A stretch of DNA of 64,000 nt from Pecten maximus (taxonomy: Eukaryota): positions 20,274,001 through 20,338,000 of the forward strand of contig NC_047028.1 of the NCBI RefSeq assembly GCF_902652985.1. The letters are read 5' to 3'. Shown piece by piece: positions 1 to 13,980 of this stretch (positions within the stretch are counted from its first letter, which is position 1; each line of letters opens with the position of its first letter). A model generated the notes under the pieces. That model did not search any database. It had not been told where the DNA came from and saw only the letters and a list, made by a program, of their open reading frames with translations. The translations under genes and the position numbers were made by a program.

Positions 1-3000
1 GAGCTGTCCGGGAAACTGATCAACTCTCGGCCAAGAACTGTTGACAACATAGGATCCAGTAAAATTACAACAGGTAGGATGGTTATTTTGCTTGTATTTT
101 TAGTATTTTTCGGAACACTTGTTTAGAGGAAAACGTTAGTTTGATAGTAAAGCCAGCATTACCATCAAAGAGATCTCTGAATTTGTTGCTAACATAAAAC
201 AGCAGTCAAAATTATAGCTTTCATATATCAATGTACCTAAATAAAACTACAATAAATGTTGTCGACTACAATCGATATTATCAACGATTATGTAATTAGC
301 TTATAAAGAATATTCCGATAATATATATGTATGAAGAGCGTACCGCATACCGTCTTTGATAACCATTTCATATTCTTTATACAACTTACAGATATTTGTG
401 TAACAGCTGACTGCATCCGTGCCGGTAAGTCTTCTATGGCGTGTCAATATCATAACGAATAATTAATTTAAGTGTCTACTATTAGTATCATAGTAACTTT
501 CCGTAAGACACAAATAAATATTGAATGTGCATTTGGATACATGTTACGTACTTGACGGTAAAGTTTATTGGCTTAAATTATTCCGCTTGACGGGTGAGTT
601 TTTATATATCTTGATTTTATTTTAGTTGAATTAAATTCAATCCGGTCTAAGGTGGCTTCGTCATATTTCACTTCAATGTATTTATTCTGTATTTTTCGTT
701 TTCCTCTTCCTCACATTTCCATTAGTTTTATTCTGTTTCTAATAGCCACTCAAATCAAAGCTAGTCAGGACCTTACTGCAAGCCCTTGTGAGGATTTCTA
801 CCAATACACATGTGGAAGATGGCTTAGCAATAGTCAGATCCGACCTGATCAGAGCAGCATGAGTCTAAAATGGGAATTACAGGAGCAGATCGACTATAAA
901 TTACATCGTCAGTATTGATATTTAAACATTGCACGTGTAAAAATTCATCATTGTTTTTTTTAACTCAGTATAACATGTCGTTGGAGTCAGGTACTTTTCC
1001 AACTTATAGCTATATTTATCAACGATTTTTTTAGTCACTCCATTAAATAATCATGTTCTTAGTTAATCTTGAAGAATAATCGGAACGAGACGAGTCTGAA
1101 TATACATATTGTACTTATTCACCTACTACCCAAAATAAATTGGCATGTAGGCAGCTTCAAAGGTCACTCGCTCTTGTCTGATATTGGCTAACGGGTTGAT
1201 GGTACCATAGGAATGGTTCATCAAGTGTTCCTGGGTCTTCTTCTCTTCCCATTTTTCATCTTCTGCCCAGTAAATAGCAACATGGTTGATGTTATCAGTT
1301 TCTGACTATTATCTAAAATTCGTTTTATCCTGTAGAGTTGCTTAACCAGACTGCACAAGCACAACATACACTAGCGGAGGAGAAAGCGATCATATTCTAC
1401 AAGTCATGTTTGAATGAAGGTAAGACTACGCATTTGATTGAATAAAACTCACGTCCCCAGTTATGGAATAAAGGCTGCATTTTATTACAGCAGATTTACA
1501 ATCTTTAGTGCAAAGTTTACTTAATGAATTTGCTTTTTGATCACTTAGTTCATTACGGTACGAGAAAAATAATTTACAGCAACAAAAATAATGAATTTAA
1601 GAATCATATAGCTTCTGTATTGAAACTGGCAACCCTGAAGTTCCTATTATCAGGTTTTTACCTATTACCAGGTATGATGTTGACCTTAGGCCGCCAGATA
1701 TATATAGAAAGGATACTATGAAAAATGCTCGAAGCATATTTTATGAACATTGCATATTAAGAGCAATCAATATTTCACGTGAATAGTGTTTTGTATTGAT
1801 ACGGTACCGATGAGGTACGGAGTGCATTATGAATGATTTTTTTTATCAAACAATATGCTTACGTTAATATAGTGATGTTGTCATCCGTAGGTACAATTGA
1901 AACATTAGGCCTCGATGTTATTAAGCCCCTATTCGAGGACATTGGTGGTTGGCCGATTCTTGATCGCAATTGGACTGACCGTCAATACAAGCTCGAGACC
2001 ATGCTGTCTGCTGCTAGAAAATACACTATAGATACACCTATGTTTAGCATGAGCGTGGAGTCTGATCCTATCTTCCCCGAGAACCATGTCATACACGTGA
2101 GCAAAGTTGTAGGCAATACCTATGTAATTCATTTTAACACTGAGATCAGCGATCGCCAAATATTGCCAAAATCAAATTCAGGTAGCAGTGTACAGTAAAA
2201 ATGCCCAATTCTGAAAAATATGGCACATGTTTTAGATATGTGAACGTTGCCATTTAACCCTACATATTACCTCTAATAATAAAGTATATATATTTGTAAT
2301 CTTGACACCATTTGCAATTTTAATACAGCTCTGAAAGATAAGTTAACTTATTTTTTTGTGACTTTTAGAGCTGTGAATACCATGGTAACAGCTTAAAAAT
2401 TGCTCAAAAAAATGCAAAATATTATATTTGACCCAAAATGACACATTTTTTTTCCTGAAAACTATTTGAAATTAAATATCTTTATCCTAAAGACAGAATT
2501 AATCATGTTTTGACATATGTTGTAAATTACGTTTTCCTGCTATCTTACCTTTTCTGTGGGCTTCCATTTTTCGCTGTAGTCAAAACTAAATTTCCTGTGT
2601 AAACACACTTTCGGAAAATCCGGAAATTTAAAATCCGGAACCAATTAATTAATTTTTGTTTTAACAAATATGAAGCCTGTATGTAATAGTTCATACTGAA
2701 TATACCTTTTATAGTGTACATTTATTTTTTCATTTTTTATGCATATCATGATACAGGAGTTATTTGCTTAACAAAAAAATTGCCCATGGCCAGGCTGTCC
2801 TACTGTAAAGAATTTTTACTCACAGGCGATTCATTAATAATGATTGAACATTGAAATTAGTATATGTAAATATAGATCTTAAAAGACCTATTGGGTATAA
2901 CTGGTAGTTATGTAATTTGTAGACAACTCATTATATGCGGTCAAAAAATGGAATCGAACAAATAAGTGTTTTTACGTGTGAAGTGACGTGCAGCAGTCTA

Positions 3001-6000
3001 TGTTTAATGTTAATTACAATATTTAGTCGTATTCACAAAAAATATTTTATTGAAGTGATTTTAAATGCCGTATTGCAGCTAGAACAGCCTCATCTGAGTA
3101 TGCCTGACCGGAACCTCTACCTAACAAATAACAATGTCTATGCTGGTTATGTTACGTATATGCTTAAAGTCTTCAAGGCGCTCAGCCCGAACCCATCAAC
3201 AATAGTAAATGATGTAAAGGACGTGGTGGTCTTTGAGACGCAACTGGCAAAGGTACGTATATATTCATTTGTATAAACGTTTTTGTTTGGATGTTGTAGC
3301 TTCTTGTGATTTACTGTTTTAAATTTATTTGTAGATATTTTAGATTTGGAATATTTTTAGTTGATTTCCATTGATAATATGAATGCAACTTGCCATAAGC
3401 AGTTGCCTGAATAGTTTGCTCGTGTATGCCTACTGGAATCGTTTTAATATTAAAGCTATTAATAAAGATCTATTTCCCCTAAAAATGTGAATACAAGTAT
3501 GACGCATGGTTACAAATCTCACCTGTCACGCCTTGCAAAATAATACGTTATTCGTAAACAAATTCCACAATCCACAAAAAATCTCTGGTTTCCTTAAGCA
3601 GCAAGTAAAGTTTTCTTATTATTTTAGTGATAATATGGGACAATTTGTAAACTTTATGGACATCCTTATATATTGATGATTTTAATGCATTATTGAACAA
3701 ACAACCAACTTTGTAAAATAACTATTTCTCAATTGTAGTTTCACCCATTAAATCTTTCTTAGCTAGAATTGGGAAAAACTAAATACTGTTAGAATATAAC
3801 AGAAGCTGGTATGTCAGTAGGAGAAATAAAGATCAAATCTAAGATTTTTACACACACCCTTCTCAATCCCCCTCCACTAAAAATAAATATGTATATATAA
3901 AAAAATTAATTCATAAAATAAAGATTAAAAAAGAGTGTTATCTAAAGGGTGTGATTAGATGTCCATAATACAATTAAACGTTTTCCTGTTTTGAAAGGAA
4001 TACAAAACCGATATTGTTTTGAGAAACTGGCCTAGACAACAAAACTTCTTTTTTTTACAAAATTTCAAACTCCCATGTATATAATCTTGTAATAATAAAC
4101 AATCTCATAGAGTATAGCATAAGTCAAAAGATTATATTTGTTCATCAACTTGTTTTAGTTGACACAAGAAATGGACCAACATCCTGATCCAAACACGGAC
4201 AAAAGGATGACCGTTGACCAACTGATGGAGACCTTCCCCGGGGTAAGTCACACTGTAATATTTTATATGATCCATATGTGATTACTTTCCATATTGAATT
4301 AAACCTAGGAATTGTTTCTGTTGCTCATCTATAGGCGTATATTTTAAGATAACAGAAACAAAACAAAAATATTTTGATTTTTGATTTCTCAAATATACTT
4401 GAAAATCATCCGAAATGTTATCAATATTATGAATTATAGATATGTTGCCAGATAGCTACTATTTCTACACTTCAAACATGAGACGTCTATAAAACTGCGA
4501 TACTTAAATGTATTAAACATCTCAAAAGAAAATAAACTAAAGAGCAGTGATATTTGATATTTCAAAATGAATACTTCATTTTTGTAAAGCACTATTTGCA
4601 TTTGATTTGAGGCATTTTAATCATTTTAGCTACCCTTCCTATACTAGTGAATGACACCGCATCCTATCATATCATCATGTTGTTCTTTTACATGGTCTTG
4701 TCCTCGAGATCTGCTGTGTAGGAAACTTGTGTGAGAGGACATATTTTGCTTATTGATTTAATATAATTCGATGCAAATTTAAAGCTGGATTGGAAGCAAT
4801 ACATTTACAACATCTTCAACATGGACCAAGTTGGAATTCCCATTCACTCCAGTGACATCGTCGTAGTTAGCAATCCCGAGTTCTTCCGGAACCTCATCGG
4901 CCTTCTCCGGAACACTTCGGCACGGTAAGTAAAACAGCGTTATCATTTTTAAAATAACGTTACTTTATGTATACATATGAAAAAAAAACATCTAAAAAAT
5001 AAAACAAAAAAGGATCTTGTATATAGTTCTTTTCGCAGCATTTTTGGTGAATACTTGCAATTTCGTACATTTTTTAAGCTGCTCATTAAATATCATATAA
5101 AGGTATCACTTTTTCAAACTATCAATATTTAGCAATGTATATGATTAACACATTATTGTAATTAACGTTTTTAAATTATTGTAAGAGTGTTATGATGATT
5201 GTGACTATGATGAAAACCAGAACTTTTTAAGATAACCACAATATATTTCGTGTATGGCAAATTATTATCTAGAAACTTGTATTTCCAGTGCGGAGGCAAA
5301 TTACATCAATTGGGTGATACTACAGGATCTGATGGAGGCTCTACCCGCAAACATAAGACAAATTCACCATTCCTTTAAGCAGGTAACTACATAGATATTT
5401 CACCAATGGTTATTGCAACTTCAACTATTAAAAACCGTATCTGTTAATTTATTCATTCGGTAAAATGAGCAGAAATCTTAGCGTTAACTGGATTTTCAGG
5501 ACCGTTGATTGCCTATGTCACATTTTTATTTATTTTTTATTATCATAAAAAAATAGTTATCTCACCTCCATATTGACTTGAATTTTGTCGCATGTTTCCA
5601 AATAAAACAATAAATATCTCGGTTGATATTTTATCGCAAGCTTATAAAACCATGTATCAACCTCAACACACAACAATAACTGTTAAGTATTATTTAGATG
5701 TTACCAGAGGCGGAGACCGAACGCCCGAGATGGCAGCAGTGTGTTGACTTGACCAACAACGCTTTCAGTCTGGCTGTGGCCCGTCTGTTTGTAGACAAGT
5801 ACTTCGACCCCGCCTCCAAACTGGAGGTTAGTATTATCAAAGTAATATTATATATAGTCTGCCAAAGATACATGTATATGCTGAACGAAAATGCTTCTGG
5901 CATATATTGATTTATTACATTTTTACCAGTGAAATATCAAAAATTATTCATTCTATAAAAGTGATATTTTTCATCATATTACTTTTGCTGATTTGACCCA

Positions 6001-9000
6001 TCAAATTAATGATTAGAAAATACCAAAATAATTGACCAATCAGAAAGCCCGACATATATGTCAGCACCTGGACAGGGGAAACTACTTTTTTGTTTACAAA
6101 TTATCGCTGTAGGCCTAGTTAGCAAACGGGGTAGGGATTTCGTTGATAAAAAATGTAATAAACATTTGACTGCGCACTCGTGAAAAATATCAAAATATTA
6201 GCCCCACTCGTGAAATATATTTGGTATTACTGAAGACACTGTTAGATATCCTCTATATATTTACCGAAAGAATATTTCAGGGTAAATACATTATCAGTGG
6301 CATGAAGTATTTTATTATCACAAGAGGACATTTGTTTGCCCAGTAAGTACTCTTTATATGGGGACTGAAAACGTTCTTCGGCATGATTTTATTAAATGCT
6401 TGGTCTTGATACTTGATTTCTTTTTAAACGCAGTCACATGAAATTAAAAGAGTGACATTATTACGGTAAGACAAGTTTGATTCGATTTACCTGTGTTTAA
6501 TTTACTATCATTTTCCTGTAGGTATGAGATATTTACATTTTACCTTGCTTGTGTTACATTTGTAATCAAGCTTGCAACAGTACAGTTTTTTAAAAAAAGA
6601 TAACTTATTGTCAGACTTCTTTTCTGTAAAATATATTATGTTGATGGTCCGAATAAGCTACATTATTCATTCACTATTCCTGATTGGCATATACTATTTT
6701 TGCCTTATTTGGGAGGGAAAATGTGTGTCTGTTACTGGTTCGTTGCCCTCCTTGATGAATCTCATGAAGGACGTTGTTTCATTTTGCTGTTTTGTAGGTC
6801 GGTAGATTAAAGAAATGTTTAAAATACTACGTATTTTTGCTAGATTTCATTTATCTTTATATACAGGTCTGTATGAACGAATTTGGTACTCATTGAATCA
6901 TTCCAGCATTGAAATATTCTACATGATTAAATAAGGCACCGATAAAGTCAAATTATTTTTTTTTATGATAAGGTTCTTGACATGTTTGCTAAAACAAAGT
7001 CTACCATGCGAGGCATGCTTGAGCGAGAAACTTGGATGGACCTAGCCACAAAAACAGCTGCTTTGCAAAAGGTAATTATAATCAGTTTACAAGTATTCAG
7101 CTCTCAAAAATACATGGTATGGTACCAAAACTGATAGTTGAGAAATGCATAACCAGAATTCTACTGGATTTATTTCTTCTTAACCTTAAATCCTGACTTA
7201 TTTCTACAATGCATTCGCTGCTGATCTCTGTAATATATTTGAGGAAAGTTTCGGAAAGAATATCAAAAAATTAAAAGGTAATATACAGTATATTTCAGGC
7301 AAAAGAGAGAAAAAGATGTTTTATGACATATTTGGTCAAGGTTACTGTCCCTGAATAGAATTGCGTTGATCATAACATGTATAGGATTTTTTATTTGACT
7401 TTAACATAAGGTAGCAGAGATTAGTTATACAAAATCGCGTATGATATATATCCAGTCTGTTAACAAAAAAAACAATAGTTATATGATGATTTTGTTGCAG
7501 CTAGACGCCCTGCAGGCCTTGGTAGGATACCCAGATGAGATAAAGAATGATACCTACCTCAACAAACGTTACATACGAGTAAGTTACAGTATGAAATCTT
7601 CTTCAATTAATTACATACGAGTAAGTTTTACTTTTTAAAAACGTTACACACGAGTAATTTATCACACCTACCTCAACAGACGTCACATTCAACAAAACGA
7701 TACCCCCCTCAACAGACGTCATATTCGAGAAAGTAACGATACCTCCCTCAATAGACGTCACATTCAAGAACTTACGACACCTAAGTCAACAGACGTCAGA
7801 TTCGAATTACACTTTTTCTTACCACGTATTCATATGTTGAATATAATTATGGGAAATATTCAATCTAATTAAAATCTAGATAGTCATTCTCACAATGTTA
7901 CATAAACATCTAATAACATCCCGTTAGGGGTCACATCGCGGTGACCTTTTGGATTAGCCAATCAAATGACTACTTCCAGACTCTTGGAAGTGAATTTGAT
8001 ATGTCCGAATTAGCATGACTAGAGTGCATAGCTTGCTTAATCTGTCAATTTGTTTCAAGTAATTTCGTCCTACAAAGTATATAGGTATATACATGCTGTG
8101 CCGAAATGGTTTGCTTTATATACGTGCTGTGACGAAATGGTTTGCTTTGATGACATGCCATCGACAAAGAGACAATTCGCCCTGACAGTAAAATACACAT
8201 ATATCAAAGGTCATCAGAACGTGACCGCTTATTTTGTTAGATGTTCATGTAACGTAGTGAGAATGACAATCTAGATTCTAAAACTTGCTGACTAATCTCT
8301 TTGTCATTTTATGGCAATAAAACATGTTTAAACTAAATCTAGATTTTGATTAGATTGGGGAAATGTTAAGTATTTAACACGTTCATTAAACATGTGACAT
8401 TCAACATATAAATATGTGTTAACAAATGTGTAAATTTCAGCTGGTGTGTATATGTATTATTATTTCGCACAATAACAAAAATTGAGGCAAGTTACAAAAT
8501 ATTTTAACATATATGAGAAATCAAAAATATCATATTTTTTCATTGCAGAGTTCTATTACACCAAATTTGTTCTTCCAAAACACAATTAAATGCTATGAAA
8601 GATGAGGCAGTATCTAACTTACGAGACCTGGCGGAACCAAGTAATGAATTAGAGTAAGTCATTCATAGAAATGTGCCTTATATCATTAAAACAATACGTC
8701 ATAATAGTGCTCCCCTGCGCGGATGATATTTGCATGTTTATTGTATATATGTATAATACATTGTTTTCTCATTCTAAAGGCCATATTACATATATAGTCC
8801 TTGTTATAGAATAATACGCTTAACGATATAGGTCCCAGAACAATGGGATACATGTTGGAGTCCAATACTATCTTACCTAGTCACAAAACCCAAATATATC
8901 CAACCATAATCAAGAAGAAGATTTTATTTACTAGAAACATGTGTTCATTTATCATTTAATGTGTTATCTATATTTTAGATGGGAATCACCACCACCAACT

Positions 9001-12000
9001 GCGAAAGACATCTTTTACGATTTAAACCATAACATCATAGGTAAAGTTATTAAATAAAATAATACTCCAGTCATTTAACTTTTGATATAAAGGGACATGT
9101 CAAGTTTTGCGTTTGTTTTTGTTTATGTATGAAAACTATCCTACATGAGTAAATATCGTAAATTTGCGAATCTATAAATCACGCAGTGTTGTATTTGCTT
9201 ATATTTTTATATTTCGCTAATTATCGTATACTGCAAATAAGTTATATCAGTGAGAATCAAAAATCGTTCAAGAATGCAATAAGCGAACGAAAAGAAAACA
9301 TCATTTAAAACCTTATATGTTTTACGAAACAAGATATGTAAGACGACGCCAGACTTCAATTTTACACGTTATGTATATACAATTGATGGCTTTTCATGCA
9401 ATTATATTTTTTTGATATTCTAGTGTATGGTTATTACATATTTTAAAGCGTCAACATCTATACCCTGTACTTAGTAAAACGTGCTTCTACATGTGCCTCA
9501 TGCAAATTTAAAAAAGGTACATTGTATATATAAAAAAAAAATTTAAAAAAAAAGAGAGACACTTTTTTTATTATTATTATTAACTTGTAAAATTTGATAT
9601 TCATTGATTGATTCGCTTGATTGATTTCAGTATTGCCTGCCGGGGTATTGCAATCACCCTACTTCCATAAGAACTACCCCAGGTATGAAGGAATGTAACT
9701 TTAGAAATTTGCCGATGTTGTTGATATGTCCGGTATTTATCTTGTCTGCCAGGTTTTCAATAAGGAAATGTCCTTTATTTACACTGACAAATAGAAATAA
9801 ATAACAGCGCTCTAGGTATGATCGCATTTTCGCCAGACTTAATATTCGCAAACATATAAGTTATGCGGAAGATACTCGTATGAAATCGGAGTACGATGTA
9901 GTTTCTTCTGAACATAATTAATAAGTTATTCACTCTGAATTTAAAAGATATAAAGAGAAGCTCAATTTTTTTGGGAGAGTGAGTGTAATTGCGTAAAAAG
10001 TTAGCTTTACGTATTGTAGTAAAATATGAAAAAGCCGGTTCCTGTTTTCAATCGGACATACCTATATATAATTACTTTTTTTTCGAGCAAACACCATTTA
10101 ATACTTTGAATGGTGTATCAATGAGATTGGGCGGCCGTGCTAAATCTAAGGGAAAACGCATGCTACAGCAAATTATAATTATACATCACTTATTTAAAAC
10201 ATAACACGATTACGAATTTTGGTTTTATTTCTCGGACAATAAAAGAAAATTTATTTCGGAAGGAATTGTAATCCACCATTTCTGTTTCTAGATATTTAAA
10301 TTATGGAGCAATTGGGTTTATCATCGGTCATAAGATCACACATGCGTTCGATGACGTCGGTAAGTAAAGACATAAATAAAGACGTGTGCTACAATAAGGT
10401 GTCATACACATTTGAAGATACCCCCTACATTACCGTGACACCTGTACCAGGAAGCATTAAAGTATTGTTATAGCTAATTGCTACATTATTAATGGTACTT
10501 AACACCTGTAGCGTACATTGTTGTAGTGTATTGTTGGCATATATTGTTAAATGTTTAGAACAATAAGATCTTATCACCGCAGAAAAAGGTCAGCTAATAC
10601 TATTATCCTATCATAGGCATGGAAGACGCTTGTAATATTATAATGGATTTTATCATTCTCCTACCAACTGTTTCTTCAAGATAGTTGACGTGTCGAAAAA
10701 AATGATTTACAAATCTAGAACTGTTGGAAACAATTAAACAGAATACTACCTGGTTTCATTTAGGGTTAAATTCTCCCCGAATCCATCGTGCTTCATTTGA
10801 ACTTAAAATCAAATTGAACCGCTGTATTTGTTCATTGTTATTAAACTATATTCCAAATAGGGAGTAAATACAGCAAGACTGGGACATTCCAAGATTGGTG
10901 GTCCAACTATACCAGGACGGCGTATGGACAAAAGGCAGACTGCTTCATCAAACAGTATGACGGTCTTACCGTTACAGATGCATTGACAGCAGCGACAGAC
11001 CCGGCAGAGAGCAAGGTGAGTTTGTGAACTGGCGTTATACGTATGTCTACCCCATATTGGAGTATTTATACTGAACTCGATACTTACTTTAATACTACTA
11101 TGTAAGTCATCAAGACAAAATGTGGTCACTCCTAATAATGAGCTATACCAAAGCATATTGATGAAAAATTGCCATATTCTCACGTAAATATGGATGAGGG
11201 TTTGGTTTGGTTTGGTTTATTTTGTTTAACGTCCTATTAACATATAAGGTCATTTAAGGACGGCCTCCCATGCGTGCGACATGTATGCGTGTGGTGAGTG
11301 CGTATGTGTGTTTTGGGAGGCTGCGATATGTTCGTGTTAAGTCTCCTTGTGATAGGCCGGAACTTTTGCCGATTTAAAGTGCTATCTCACTGAAGCATAC
11401 TGCCGAAGACATCCAGCAGCACACCCCACCCGGTCACATTATACTGACAATGGGCCAACCAGTTGTCCCACTCCAAATATGCTGAGCGCTAAGCAGGAGT
11501 AGCAACTACCATTTTTAAAGACTCTGGTATGTCTCGGCTAGGGGACAGAACCCAAAGCCTTCCTCACAGCGGCGAACGCTCAACTAAAGGCCAAAAGTGA
11601 GGCATTGTCAAGGGAGACCTTAGGAAGAAGAAAGTTGTTAAGAAAGAAGAGAAAAGATAAGATCCCAAATTTAGTCGCCTCTTACGATCATGCAATGGAG
11701 GCAGCAGGTACAATTCTGACGCCCTACCTGCAGGGCAGATGGATGAGGGGCGAAACTGAAAGGTCGCAATTAAATGTATTCAATTCTACAACGACACTTA
11801 TTTATTTGTTTACTCTTATTCATGTAAATCGTACATTGATAAAGGAAAGGTGCAACATCTGCGTAGTAATTCTTGGTCATACAACTATAAAATCAGAGAA
11901 TGGGATGGTGGGAAGTATAACGTATTTAAATGCAATGCTGTGATTGTTTCGATAGTGGTGGTTCCGTGAGAAGAGTAACTGATAAATGTTTATATTTTTT

Positions 12001-13980
12001 TTCTATTGATAGTTAAATGGAAAGTTGACGTTACAAGAAAACATTGCCGATAACGGAGGATTAAATGAAAGTTTCGCGGTAAGAACTTATGAATTTTAAG
12101 TGTTAACATAGCTTTATAGCATTATCAAAAGTGAAACATGTTGCTTCGTTAGTGACGTCATCCACTTATGATGTTATTGGAAGGATAAGTGAAAATGAAT
12201 TGGTTCTTGGATTGGTATACACATTCATGGTGTAGGATTTCGAAATTAGGTGAAACATTTGTATTTTCAACGAATACCTATATTTTCGGTACTGTGAAAA
12301 ATTCACTTGATGTTTTGTTATAAATGCATTTATTTTTCAATTGAGTAATTAGTCAGAACTTATATTTCGCAACGGCCAATAAACCATGCACTATTTATAT
12401 CCATATGTAAAAAAATTCGTGAAATACTATAATTACTTCTAATTTTTTGTCATGAATGATTATGTTTCGATTATAAATGTTGAATTTAGGGTACGCTTTG
12501 ACTCGAGAAATCAGTATTGTATACATGCATCTGATATTTGATTAAAATATTATTGTTTGATGGGCAGGCTTACACGCAATGGTCAAAACATCACGGAATT
12601 GAACAGAAGCTGCCGGGAATTAATTTAGAACCCGATCAGCTGTTCTTCGTCAATTATGGACGCGTATGTATATATTATGTAATATTTTCAGTCATTTCAA
12701 AAGTTATTCTGATATAAGAATTTCATAAAAAAAATGCTTAAGCCTTAATCAGTCGTAATAAACTTTTTTTTAAATTTTATATTCTGGCCGATATAGTCAC
12801 AGTTTTTTTCTGAAATAGTTCGATTGTTGAACACTGATACTAACGTCAGAAATCCATTGAATTAAAATAGTGTACATCGTTATAATATACTTTTCATTAT
12901 TATAAAGCAACATTTCATTTGAACCAAAATTTCTATCAATCTTATCTACACGTAATTTGCTAACAGGCACCTCGCAAAGTTCAGTTCACCTTCTTATTCT
13001 CAGCCACAAACTGAATGATCGGTTACACGTTTAGAATGTCACTTTGTGGTAGGGAAGGTCAATGACACAAAACGTCAGTTTATTCGGGGATTGGTTGAGG
13101 TAGGTTTTCTCTTTTGCGAGAGACTAAGCCTTACACCTTTGCGAGTATTATTTAATCAAAATTCTAATTTAATGCTAATTGGGATGACTTTTCCTAAATT
13201 TATTTTAAGACCTGGTGTGAGAAGACAACACCACAAGAGGCTATACGGCGGATCAATAATGACATTTTCGCAGACGCAAAAAGCAGGTAAGACTCCAAGT
13301 CTGAATCGAAAGCTAAATAATATTCTTGCCAAGGGCATCCACGTCTAAAACATTCATACAGGCTGGGAGACAGGTAAGGCTCAAGTTATATTTGCCAACA
13401 GGCAGAAAATCTAGCAAAAAAACCCCATTAAATCTAGCTGTCAATATAGACAAGGCCTACATGTATGTCTACCAAAGACTTGTAAAATATGAAACAGATA
13501 AGACTCAGTGATATACAAATCAGACTTGACTAAAGTCATTAAAATTATTATAAAATACCGGATTACATACAACGTTGAATTACATTAAGCGACACTGAGC
13601 TCCTGTGGTATTGTTCGCTTTGAATTCAAAGCATCGTTGAACAAGGACATGCGCCAAAACCTTTAAAAAATACATTCTAAATTAACTTGTAAACTTAAAC
13701 AGGGACTGATATTATGTAATACCAATGTAATACATTTATGTTACTTATATTTCCCTGTGCTGCTGTCTAATTCTTGCCCCTGATAAATATTTATTTAAAA
13801 CTTCAAAGCGAATGAATAAGATTTTAAAGTGTGAGTTTGAAAAATCCATCAAGTAATAATCCTTTATTGTTTTATTTCAGAGTAAACATTGTCATGCAAA
13901 ACAATCCAAGCTTTGCGAAAGCATTTTCGTGTCCATTGGGATCACCCATGAATCCAGTGAAGAAATGTGCAGTCTGGTGA
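1..13980 (+). CDS. M13 (neprilysin/endothelin-converting enzyme-like) metallopeptidase homolog, 5' end outside window; predicted catalytically inactive; one apparent +1 frameshift
   Basis: GT-AG exons: 1-73, 392-424 ([10 protein letters not shown]), 746-907 ([14 protein letters not shown]), 1336-1419 (FYKSCLNE), 1891-2096 (IGGWP), 3079-3252, 4159-4242, 4785-4924, 5289-5382 (ANYINW), 5698-5826 (RWQQCV), 6973-7071 (WMD), 7501-7578 (VGYPD), 8549-8653, 8979-9040, 9631-9682 ([11 protein letters not shown]), 10292-10359 ([21 protein letters not shown]), 10861-11015, 12013-12078 (ENIADNGG), 12568-12663 (QLFF), 13210-13286, 13881-13980 ([18 protein letters not shown]). The exons sum to 2137 nt = 712 codons + 1 nt. 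Confidence 0.93.
5903..6260. mobile_element. Probable non-autonomous interspersed DNA element (intronic)
   Basis: Internal repeated CACTCGTGAAA(A)ATAT motifs, CCAATCAG, and a terminus ...GATATCCTCTATAT resembling widespread invertebrate non-autonomous elements; family not identified. Confidence 0.45.
7549..7810 (+). repeat. Degenerate ~38-bp tandem repeat derived from an exon 3' end and its splice donor
   Basis: Unit GATACCTACCTCAACAAACGTTACATACGA|GTAAGTTAC is reiterated at ~7610, 7640, 7665, 7699, 7738 and 7776. Confidence 0.8.
7873..8277. mobile_element. MITE with ~41-bp terminal inverted repeats
   Basis: CTAGATAGTCATTCTCACAATGTTACATAAACATCTAATAA (7876) matches the reverse complement of 8234-8274 at 36/41 positions. 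Confidence 0.8.
11201..11738 (-). mobile_element. SINE (Meta/MESC-core-like) with (CCAAA)n tail and extra 5' leader; full-length copy
   Basis: 11-bp target-site duplication ATGGATGAGGG (11190-11200, 11739-11749); (TTTGG)n tail on +; degenerate tRNA-like head ~11540-11595; central domain AAAATGGTAGTTGCTACTCCTGCTTAGCGCTCAGCA...CAGTATAATGTGACCGGGTGG on -; further copies in the window. The family name is from recall, not a search. Confidence 0.85.

Noticed and set aside
2191-2807. TACAGTA...TACTGTA-bounded MITE
   Set aside because: The inverted match beyond 7 bp is too weak to call without other copies.
11660-11695. Pistol- or HDV-type fold for the SINE leader
   Set aside because: The hairpin followed by TAAAT is superficially pistol-like, but the conserved GCG after the pseudoknot is absent, and the spacing inside the 7-bp stem is too short for an HDV fold.
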